A stretch of DNA of 64,000 bases from Eledone cirrhosa (Eukaryota), in the NCBI GenBank assembly GCA_964016885.1, contig OZ024740.1, positions 410,316,001-410,380,000 on the forward strand. Direction: 5' to 3'. The position numbers and the translations under genes are program-made. Position 1 is the first letter of the stretch, and every line of letters starts with the position of its first letter. Below, one piece after another: positions 54,236 to 64,000 of this stretch. The notes beneath the pieces were generated by a model that worked only from the letters and a program-made list of their open reading frames with translations, had not been told where the DNA came from and ran no database searches.

Positions 54236-54747
54236 CCTTCATTGGTAAATTCCTTCATTGTGGCCCATAAAACACCTTAGCAGGTTCTATAAAACACTTG
54301 CCTGGTGTCAATGAAAACATGGTATGATTATGCTTGGTGCTGAAATTATTTCTCGCAGAATGTGTGGTGGGTGAGTATCTTCTCGAAAACCTTTCTGTTT
54401 GAAATTTCAGTTTATTCGGGATAACTTCGAGCATTAGCTCTTTTGTACAGGTTAACTTTGTTATTATCACCAACCAATAAAAACAGATGTTATTTTACCA
54501 ATTAATGGGTGATTATTATTCTTTTAATCTCAGGCGTCAATAACCAGCGGTGCCAAATTTTGTTTCCTCTCCTTCTCGAATAGAAAATATGTATGTTGTT
54601 GAATTAAAACGCCTACATTATACTATTTTTTTCTAACATTTAGAAATAAACAGAAGTGTCTAGAACTGTGATACTCTAAAAACTACGTAAAGCAAAATAA
54701 TAAAGACTGAAAAAGAAAATTATAAATGATAAATAGATAAATATATA

Positions 54748-54920
54748 TCTAGGGCGGGTAAAATTCTCGAGATCGATGGACGAGTTCTCTCCAGCGGTCT
54801 CTGTCCCTCATTATCACTGCCATGTCCTGCGTCTCCAAGAGACCAGTGTCTGTCCTTATGGCATCAACTTATGTTAACCTCGGTTTTCCTCTTCCAGTGT
54901 GTCCATAGTACTATATGGAA
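54748..54920 (-). mobile_element. RTE-like LINE 3' end fragment
   Basis: GRGKPRLT*VDAIRTDTGL..MRDRDRWRELV. Confidence 0.7.
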
Positions 54921-55017
54921 ACGTATAAGACACTGTTTTAATTAAGCAAATAACATGCTGATTGTCAAAGATGGTGAGGAATGTGTTACAATTCATAAAA
55001 GCATGATTAGATATAAA

Positions 55018-55640
55018 CCCTTGCTACAGCCATACATCTCCCTTCACGAGTCTCGATGCCCGTATCCGACGGGCTGCTGAAAAGATATGCAACGTCCGGG
55101 TTGAGGACACTTGATGGCAATAGACTACCTTATCCGTCAAATACGGTAACCTCGATCTCCAGTCACTCTAGCATGGCCAGCATTTCTTTCGTCTGTGACC
55201 TTCTGCCGTATTTTCATCAACAAAGGTTTTTACAACACAACAGAACATACAGTGATAAAGGAACACAAGGAGGTCTACGTGACCTGGAATCGGCTCGGGC
55301 TTCGCTCTGCGGATGTCCAGCTTTCTTCCTCTGTGTTGACGTAGAGTCTCTCCAAAGCAAATGGGAAGCAATCCAGTGCGATATAGTCTTGGACAGGTTT
55401 GTGTGCGGGCTAATGGTGTCAGCCTCCTAACACCGCAGCGATGTTTGAACTAACACTGTACCCTCGCTTTCAACCAGCACTCATCTGGACAATGACTTTC
55501 GGCGTTCGAGCTCCCCAGACCATCTCCCTACTCATTACTTACTGGGCGGAGTTGGTCATCCACAGGAGGGAGAACCACGAGATGGAATGGCTATTCCAAC
55601 ACATCTCCCTCACTATCCTCCGGGGCAACGTCCACTGGGA
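55018..55640 (+). mobile_element. Second decayed CRE-clade fragment (post-RT region joined to the C-terminus)
   Basis: LDARIRRAAEKICNVRVEDT*WQ*TTLSVKYGNLDLQS..LAWPAFLSSV; WLFQHISLTILRGN. Confidence 0.75.
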
Positions 55641-56552
55641 CCACACAGCGGAACACCCCCACGCGGTCCAGGCCCGTATCATTGGGGAAACGATGTTATG
55701 GCAACACTTAATATTTTATTTCTCATATTTTGTCTCATAAAAACATTTCTTTTATTCACGTTTCAATAAAAATACAAAACTCTAAATATGTTGACTTCAT
55801 CAGAGAAAAGACGTAATGCTCATGATCACCATGGGACCTTGAGACAGATAAGATTGATACAGCTGCGGTTTAACTTGAACATTCAAGGCCTACAGGGAGA
55901 ATGCTCGACCAAAGGCATTTGTATATGATTAGCAATATCTAATGTTTGATTTTTAGAACGGCTAAACCGTACTAACGATGTATTCTCAGGTTGAATTGGA
56001 TAGAAGTTTAGAGAAAACAGTTGTTTAGGAACGAATATGATTCTCTTGCAAATTGAAAAGTGTTTAAAAATTCGAAAATATACCATCGGACAGAAATGTG
56101 TTAAACAGTTTTAAAACATAAATCTAAGCAATACAATTGAATGATAAATTATAAAGTAAAAAGTATAATATAATACAACTAATGTTTCAGATAGTCTGAA
56201 ATGAATAGCAACTTGGAAGCAAATAACTTATTTGACATTAATGTATATTTACGTATTTTGTATACAAAGCATGTATCAAAAAATATACATGGACTATTTT
56301 AGAATGAGTTTTTGATATACAGAAAATTCTAAATTCCTACGTCAGACAGAAATTAATGTGTCGTACGAACTGATATATGATACTTATTGATTATTGTATT
56401 TCATAGAAAACAAAGCTTATGAATGTGCCATAACAACAAGTCATCTCCATGCTTCAACTTATAAATGATAAGAATAAAAATACAATAGTCAAAACTAAAA
56501 CGTCTCTCACTATTTATCTGTTTGTCGCCATAATTATAAACTATCCTTCCAA

Positions 56553-56737
56553 TAATTGTTTCTACTTTTGGCACAAGGGCAGCAATTATCCCAGTACATT
56601 ACTGGTACTTTATTTTATCGACCCGGTAAGGATGAAAGGCAAAGTTAACCTCGGCGGGATTTGAACTCAGGCCATAAAGGGCCATAACTCTTTGCTGCAA
56701 AGCATGGCGTTCGACCCTCTACCGATACTGCCAATCC
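56553..56737 (-). mobile_element. tRNA-derived SINE
   Basis: Full family match on the minus strand. Confidence 0.9.
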
Positions 56738-56833
56738 ATATGTGTACAGGGTTACATATTTTTAAGGGAATGTTTTGTTGATTATATTGACTTCAGTAGT
56801 TCACTGGTATATATTTTATCATCCATTCCTCCA

Positions 56834-57803
56834 GAGAAAGAAGGAAAGATGTTTGAGAATTTTGACTAGCGATTCTAACCGTAAAAACTCACGATTGCTA
56901 AAGAAACAGCAAGAAGAAATGCGTAACAAAATCAAACCTAGTGCAAATATGGAGGAAATGGATAACAACCATGTTCTAATAAAAGATGAAAGAAAGGAGT
57001 CAAATTCTAAGCGCAAAAGCTATGACAAAAGCTATAACAAAAGCTATAGCAAAAGCTATAACAAAAGCTATAACAAAAGCTATAACAAAAGCTATGACAA
57101 AAGCTATAACAAAAGCTATGACAAAAGCTATGACAAAAGCTATAACAAAAGCTATAACAAAAGCTATAGCAAAAGCTATAGCAAAAGCTATAACAAAAGC
57201 TATAACAAAAGCTATAACAAAAGCTATAGCAAAAGCTATAACAAAAGCTATAACAAAAGCTATAACAAAAGCTATAACAAAAGCTATAACAAAAGCTATA
57301 ACAAAAGCTATAGCAAAAGCTATAGCAAAAGCTATAACAAAAGCTATAACAAAAGCTATAACAAAAGCTATAACAAAAGCTATAACAAAAGCTATAACAA
57401 AAGCTATAACAAAAGCTATAGCAAAAGCTATAGCAAAAGCTATAACAAAAGCTATAACAAAAGCTATAACAAAAGCTATAACAAAAGCTATAACAAAAGC
57501 TATAACAAAAGCTATAACAAAAGCTATAACAAAAGCTATAACAAAAGCTATAGCAAAAGCTATAGCAAAAGCTATAACAAAAGCTATAACAAAAGCTATA
57601 ACAAAAGCTATAACAAAAGCTATAACAAAAGCTATAACAAAAGCTATAACAAAAGCTATAACAAAAGCTATAACAAAAGCTATAACAAAAGCTATAACAA
57701 AAGCTATAACAAAAGCTATAACAAAAGAGTTAACGTGGAACATAGGGACAAGTGGAAAATGACTCTAAGTTTCCCCCCAAAAAGCAAAACGAATCCAATA
57801 TGA
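56834..57803 (+). CDS. Candidate terminal exon encoding a charged segment followed by (KSY[N/S/D])x59
   Basis: Pyrimidine-rich acceptor TTTTATCATCCATTCCTCCAG; 60 open non-repeat codons before and ~26 after the repeat in the same frame; no homology recognised. Confidence 0.35.
57015..57722 (+). repeat. 12-bp minisatellite (AAAAGCTATAAC)x59
   Basis: Near-perfect; the only variants are AAC/AGC/GAC in the last triplet. Confidence 0.99.
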
Positions 57804-57994
57804 ATGAAACCCAGAACTTAAAAGGGTGTAACTAAATACATTTGTTATTCAATATTGTTTTGGCGGCTGCTGCCAACACCTTGAGTTGGACAGCTAAGAG
57901 GACCGAAGTCTTTTCTAAATTGACAAGTTTGGCTGCTCCTGTCAAACAAGTCTTTGACTATTAACCCTTTAGCATTTACATTACTCTATATTTA

Positions 57995-58158
57995 TTAGCG
58001 TCGGACGCCATGCTTTCCAGCATAGTTACGTCCCTTTACGATCTGAGTTCAAATCCCGCCGAGGTTAACTTTGTCTTTCATCCTTACGGGGTCGATAATA
58101 TAAAGTACCAGTAATGCACTGGATAATTGCTGGCCTTGTGCCAAAAGTAGAAACAATT
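57995..58158 (+). mobile_element. tRNA-derived SINE, 5' clipped
   Basis: B box, family core and tail. Confidence 0.88.
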
Positions 58159-58177
58159 ACTCTATATTTAGTATCGT

Positions 58178-58563
58178 ATGGTGGCAATGGTGGTTATGGT
58201 GGTGTTGGTGGTGGTGGTGGTGGTGGTGGTGATGGTGATGGTGGTGGTGGTGATGGTGGCGTTGGTGATGGTGGTGGTGGTGTTGCTGGTGGTGATGGTG
58301 GTGGTGGTGATGGTGGTGATGGTGGCAGTGGTGGTGTTGCTGGTGGTGATGGTGATGGTGGTGGTGGTGATGGTGGTGGTGGTGGTGAGGGTGATGGTGG
58401 TAGTGGTGGTGATGGGGGTGATGGTGAGGGTGATGGTCGTTGAGGTGGTGATGGGGTGATGGTGGTGGTAGTGATGGTGGCAATGGTGGTGATGGTGGTG
58501 GTGGTGATGGTGAGGGTGGTGGTGGTGATGATGGTGGTGTTGGTGGTGGTGCTGGTGATGATG
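58178..58563 (+). repeat. Degenerate (GGT/GAT)n microsatellite
   Basis: Direct observation. Confidence 0.95.
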
Positions 58564-58564
58564 T

Positions 58565-59056
58565 ATTACTGGTACTTTTATTTTTATCGACCCCGTAAGG
58601 ATGAAAGGCAAAGTTAACCTCGGCGGGATTTGAACTCAGAATGGCAAGGGCCGTAACTCTATGCGTCAAAGCATGGCGTCCGGCCCTCTACCGATACTGC
58701 CAATCCCAAAATCAATTATAATAATAATGGTTTCTGATTTAAGCACAAAGTCAGTGGGTGGGAAAGTCGATTAAATCGACCCCAGTGCATTACTTAGTAC
58801 ATTATTTTATCGAACTCGAAAGGGTGAAAGGCAAAGATAAATTTGGCAGGTTTTTAAATTCCGAACGTAAATGCCAAAACTAAACATCTGACGCATTAAA
58901 CAATATTGATAACGGTTTTAAATTGAGGTACAAGGCGAACACATTTGGTAGGAAAAGAAAGTCGATAGAATCGATCCTATTACTTGACTGGTAATTTATC
59001 GACACCGGAATGTTGTAAGGCAAATTTGACCTTGGTGGGATTTGAACTCAGAACGT
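58565..59056 (-). mobile_element. Three tandem SINE copies of increasing divergence (58565-58707, 58728-58880, 58910-59056)
   Basis: Repeated TTTATCGA..AAGGCAAA core. Confidence 0.8.
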
Positions 59057-59949
59057 ATAACAGAATGTTAGAAGAAAAAAGGTCATAATCGAGGCCAGAA
59101 TTTATTCAAAAGAGAATCATTGTCGCATATTAAAATATTTGCAGGAAACTAGAAACGAAGTTATATTTAAGCTATTAAAGATGGTTTGTCTAACCAACCG
59201 TCTTCTGCTTTTAGATACCACTGATTGATTGAGATAAAATCATGGTTAAGAAACGATGCAGTGATTGTGGTTCTGATGTTGTTTGCGAGATTTCTATTGG
59301 AGGGGGAACAAACATTATTTCTATGAAACAGTTGAATACAAATAATGTGACAACAACAAAAAAAATCCAACGAAGAAAAAATGACTAGCAAGAAAAAGGA
59401 AAAAGAAAAGCGACTGGTGAATCATGTGATAATTCAATAATATCATGTTAGAATCCAACTGATCTCTCATCTGCAGACATAACAAAGTTCAGACAAAGCT
59501 ATGAATACTAAATAAAATGTCATAATTTATCAAACGGTAGGTGAATATTCGCTTTTAGATAATTCCCCATCTGTTTGTGGAGACTATAGAAGAAGACATT
59601 TTACAGTAATTATATCTTTTAGGTTCAATTTTCAAAGATAAGATTAATTATTTACTTGCCAGGTTCCAATAGTGCTATAACGCAACACAAAAGGTTATTT
59701 ACTGAGGTATAACATTTCTTTTGTGATAAGCTTAATTGAGATCATTGATTGCGCCTAAAGTAGAATCAATGTAAGATTTAAGCTGTTAATATACAGTTAC
59801 TTTTTCGTATTATCAGATAGAAGAGTATGGAGGAAAACAAAATTGGTCATTTATATTCTAAGGTCGATTTTACTTTTTCCTTTAGAGATCGATTGAATAG
59901 GTACCAGTCAAGTACTAGAATCAATTAGATGCAGGTTCTTACTGCACCC

Positions 59950-60080
59950 TTCTTCTTCTTCTTCTTCTTCTTCTCGGGGGTAGAGTGCTCACACATTTGT
60001 CAGAATCGACCGTCTCCAATTGATCCGGCTAGATCCCCAAGCGATATATCAAAGCTGTGATCTCTTCTTCTGCACCCGGT
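59950..60080 (-). mobile_element. Probable RTE-like 3' end with (GAA)n tail
   Basis: RINWRRSI-type terminal motif then (GAA)8. Confidence 0.4.
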
Positions 60081-60301
60081 CACTTAAAATGCATGAACAT
60101 TGTGTCTAAATTACAATCTTGTATTAGACATTAGTGCAATATCACAGAAAAGTGATTTAGTTGACTGAGCTGAAATCCTAATATATCAGCAACCAGGAAA
60201 GAGAATCTGAACACAAGGACGTTCGAGCTGCTATTGGTAATGCATACACAATGTCGATCATTGTTTCATCCGAGTTGCCTAATTAAAAGCTGAGACACCA
60301 G

Positions 60302-60377
<76 letters not shown>

Positions 60378-60423
60378 ACAGTATATATAAATATATATAT
60401 ACATATATATATATCATCGGGAA

Positions 60424-60472
60424 GCTTCCTGATGATTTCTCCCGAATTAAACAGTTCTAGTCCTGTAGAAGT
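60424..60472 (+). ncRNA. Type I hammerhead with one core substitution (G12U) in a (TA)n-flanked 145-bp element (60413-60558)
   Basis: CTTC-CTGATGA-T-TTC(TCCC)GAA-T-TAAA-CAG(TTCTAGTC)CTG-TA-GAAG. Confidence 0.75.
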
Positions 60473-60701
60473 CTTTTCTATATTAAATATTTATACCCCG
60501 CTTTGTGTTGAGTACCTTACTTACTGTGGTTACCCCCGATTGAACCCGGGATAAACTTATATATATATGCAAATGTGGCTCATCAGTGGATCTGCTAATA
60601 TGCAGATCTGACTGATCAGTCAGTCTGCTAATATGCAAATCAGGCCGATCTGTCACTGTGTATTTTTGCAAATAGCATATATTTTCACTAGCTCTGACAG
60701 T

Positions 60702-60781
60702 TTGGCAGGTGAACAGTGAGCTGTACTGATGAAGGGTGATACCCAGAAACATTAGTGTCTGCAGTTCTGTTCACATGCCAA
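60702..60781 (+). ncRNA. Apparently intact extended type I hammerhead ribozyme; predicted cleavage after GUC (60759)
   Basis: CTGATGA 60726-60732; A.A; stem II GGGT/ACCC; GAAA 60746-60749; stem III CA(TTAG)TG; TC; 21-bp stem I (TTGGCA-G-GTGAACAG-TG-AGCTGTA / TGCAGTT-CTGTTCAC-A-TGCCAA). Confidence 0.9.
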
Positions 60782-61561
60782 CACAAGAGCAAGAATGAAG
60801 GGTTCATTCTAAGGACATGGCTATAAAATTGAGGCTTGTTTGCATAATTGCAAACGATTCGAATGTTATTATTAATATTCGAAAAACTCAGATTACATTT
60901 ATTGTATTCAGCCAAGTAGAGCGATATATATATAGTTAAAGAGTAACATGTTTGGCTGTACAATAAGGGCTTTATTTAAAGTAGTGACAATTATTTCGTT
61001 GATCAGGTGAGTCTAGAGTTCGCTAATCGCTTGAGGTTGCGTCATTCGATATCCAATACATTATTTACCTCTGGTCAACACATCAGAGTACGTAGGTATG
61101 AAAGTAATTCACTCGAGGCAAGGCTTATATAGAAAAATAGCGTATAATCAAAACAATAACATCAATAATAAAACGTGTATGGTAAATAGGTAAAGAATTT
61201 ACAGATGTAAAAAGTAAAAAGTAAAATATAAGATAGGGTACATTAAAAAATGAGAAAATGAGAAAATGGAAAATATAAAGAAATAAATAAGTGAGAGCGT
61301 GTAAGTACATAGTAGTAGTTTTTTAGTAAATGTTCTTATAAGGATTCGTTGGTTGGTTTAGTGCTAACACGAGAAACCAGATTACTCTTCATTCTTTAAC
61401 TATTATTACTCCAAGTATAACCTGCATAGAAATTACCGCGAACTCGCCGCATAACTATGGAAGCATCTTGTTGAGTCAAACAAAGCCGTACATTAAAACT
61501 ATCCACGACACAGAGTACTCACAACCTCTAACTGGATTACCTATAACGATAACTTGTTATC

Positions 61562-61607
<46 letters not shown>

Positions 61608-61612
<5 letters not shown>

Positions 61613-61803
61613 AAAAAATATGACCCCGACGGCAGAGCTCAAGCCGTTTCGACGGCTATTTCTGAGTCCAGAAATAGCCGTCAAAACGGCTTGAGCTCTG
61701 CCGTCGAGGTCATACTTTTTCCTATTTCCCACTCTACTACCCTAAGTATTGAGTACTCTGGTGCATTATGGTCCATCTGGTTCCTTACCACAATTCCTTT
61801 GTT
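61608..61803. mobile_element. (TA)n-flanked fold-back element: ~57-bp near-perfect hairpin of hammerhead 3' halves plus a pLTR-like tail
   Basis: Arms 61608-61664 and 61669-61725, loop AGTC, 3 mismatches. Confidence 0.85.
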
Positions 61804-61817
61804 ATATATATATATAT

Positions 61818-63240
61818 ATTGTTATGCTTTGGGAGGGTCATGTTGCCAATAAGAAACACACGCACCAGTTGATTTCACTCCAATTTATTATAAATTAAAT
61901 TTATAAATTTCCGGTTGGTTGGTTGGTTCCACAACCGGACGGTTGTTCATATATTGGCAAAGTTCTTTCGTCACACATTCTGTGACCTCTTTAGTGACTG
62001 GGGATTATTTTCTTTGTTTTTGTGTCTCTCCTTTGTTCTGTCCTACGACATCTTGTTCATCCACCGTATGCAGTTCTCGGGTTACAATCAGAGAGATAAA
62101 ATCAGAGTATATAGAGAAGCCAGAACCAAATAGGAAAAAAATGGTAAATAATGATACAAATGGGACCTGCCCCTTGTATAGGAGCAAATTTTGGAATAGA
62201 ATAGAAAGAACTAGGAATAAGGTTAATAGAATAAACTCATAGTATGATAGCAATAAATACCAGAGTGTAATGGTCATCAATACAACCCCTAGAGTTGAAT
62301 TAGCTTACAAATTTAGAAGAGCCCTAAATAAATATAAACTCAATATTAAGATAGTAGAAAGACCAGGTACCTCCATAAAAACACTTATTAGCAATACATA
62401 CCCTTTTCAAAGACCTCCCTGTATAGATAAGAAATGTATAATCTGTAAACTAAGCCCCCATATTAACTGTAAAACTAGAAATGTAGTATATAGCATAAGA
62501 TGTACTGAAGGACAATGTAGAGATAAGAATATAGTGTACATAGGTGAGACAGCTCGTAGTATAGGAGAACGGATAAATGAACACTGGCGAGAGCTTCAAG
62601 ATAGAAAAGAATCATCTGTACTCCACCAACATGCTAAAATAGAACATAAGGGTAAATTAGAGAACATAGAAATAAAAATAGAATCTACACACAGAAAAGA
62701 CGCAATGTTTAGACAAATCACAGAGGCAATAAACATAAATGAACTCCAATCAAAATTAAATAGAAAACATGAATGTAATAGCAACATCACAACTTACAAT
62801 TAAGGAGAAAATGAAAACACACACACAACGAGTAACATGTAAATAAACAAATAAATAAACAAATATAAACACACACAGACACCCGGATGTAACACATGCG
62901 CAAACTAAGCACACAACACACATAAAAACAAGATGGCGGAGGACAGAACAAAGGAGAGGCACACAAACAAAGAAAAGAACCCCCAGTCACCGAAGAGGTC
63001 ACAGAATGTGTGACGAAAGAACTTTGACAATATATGAACAACCGTCCGATTGTGGAACCAAGCAACCAACCGGAAATTTATAAATTCTTAAATTTATAAA
63101 TTTAATTTATAATAAATTGGAGTGAAAGCAACTGGTGCGTGTGTTTCTTATTGGCAACATGACCATCCCAAAGCAAAACAATATCGGTTTCAACACATGT
63201 TTTCTGTTAAAGAATCTTGCTAAACAAATTCAGAAACGAT
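61818..63240 (+). mobile_element. PLE-A copy 2, more truncated, with inverted 5' pLTR (61818-62056), linker + GIY-YIG remnant (62057-62803) and 3' pLTR; hammerheads at 62985-63028 (+, U4C) and 61956-61999 (-, G5A)
   Basis: Colinear with 37441-38605; NVVY..YIGETARSIGERINEH; stops TAG 62131 and TAG 62240. Confidence 0.95.
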
Positions 63241-63259
63241 ATATATATATATATATATA

Positions 63260-63425
63260 TTAAAATTACAGATTAAAGTTTAAGGAAAGAATCGCTGCTT
63301 TCACCCTTAACGGGATCTTCTGAAACTAAAATAGTCAATCTGTTAACGCATAAGTAAATATTTCAAAAAACGTTGCAACCGTAGGAAGACAGGAAGACGA
63401 TACATTGGTTCGTGGAAACGTTCCC
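63260..63425 (-). mobile_element. Third Naiad pLTR 3' end with hammerhead at 63277-63327
   Basis: Colinear with 38830-38994. Confidence 0.9.
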
Positions 63426-63619
63426 TGGCAAAGGACGAAAAAAAACGAAGATAATACGTCATTATTTGGTGCAGTGAAAACAATTACACGCAAAGACAAA
63501 ACCACGTAAATGGTATAACTGAAGTCGTAGACTAAAATTCTATTTAGGAAACCGAATGATTCTCCCCTTCAGAGTTAAGAATAAAGTAAATAAAATACAG
63601 AGGTAATTGAAATTAAATA

Positions 63620-64000
63620 TATACATACACGCATCCATATACGTACATACACAAGCATACGCGAAAACACTCGCCATGGGTATGCAAACACAAGTACGTA
63701 CACAAAAAAAAAACAAAAAAAACACACGCACATACAGAACCCACGCAACGCCTGTACCGCACACATACAAACGTATACACCAAATACACATAAAATATAA
63801 AAAAACATATATACATATACATGTGTGTGTGTGTGCGTGTATACATAATTAAATAAATGTATATAAATATACACACATAAATACGTATATAACGCGCGCA
63901 CACACATACCCACATGCAAATACACATATGTTCGCGGACGTACGTCAACCAAAACACAAAGTACACATATACACACACCCTACATACGTACGAACCCACA
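63620..64000. repeat. Degenerate CA/TA-rich low-complexity tract
   Basis: Alternating purine-pyrimidine sequence. Confidence 0.8.

Noticed and set aside
56986-57762. Alternative-frame ORFs (TKAI)n and (VIAF)n
   Set aside because: Open only because of the 12-bp repeat, with negligible unique flanks
58114-58669. Gly-rich, His-rich and Thr-rich ORFs
   Set aside because: They start inside SINEs and translate a (GGT)n microsatellite
59241-59387. Short ORF MVKKRCSDCGSDVVCEIS..
   Set aside because: 48 aa, a single CxxC, no zinc-finger completion or other support
60579-60590. Minus-strand CTGATGA near the intact ribozyme
   Set aside because: No downstream GAAA or helices; part of the 33-bp repeat

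Overview
Eukaryotic, AT-rich, gene-poor window, probably cephalopod (octopus), inferred from its SINE family. Bases 1-32.6 kb are one purine-strand satellite array of a 35-bp monomer with nested higher-order duplications. The remaining 31 kb is transposon debris among (TA)n/(CA)n microsatellites: two copies of a Penelope-like element (PLE-A: RT + GIY-YIG, inverted 5' pLTR), a decayed Naiad-type PLE, two decayed CRE retrotransposons, a Tc1/mariner pseudogene, RTE fragments and about 15 tRNA-derived SINEs. The most notable signal is non-coding. About a dozen type I hammerhead ribozyme (HHR) motifs or half-motifs from at least six unrelated (TA)n-flanked repeat families can be folded by eye. They include an apparently intact HHR in a ~370-bp ORF-less structured element (60.56-60.93 kb), a CAGAAGA core variant shared by three Naiad pLTR copies, and fold-back palindromes built from HHR 3' halves. 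A (KSYN)59 repeat ORF may be a real exon. No confident host gene was found. All folding and alignment was manual.
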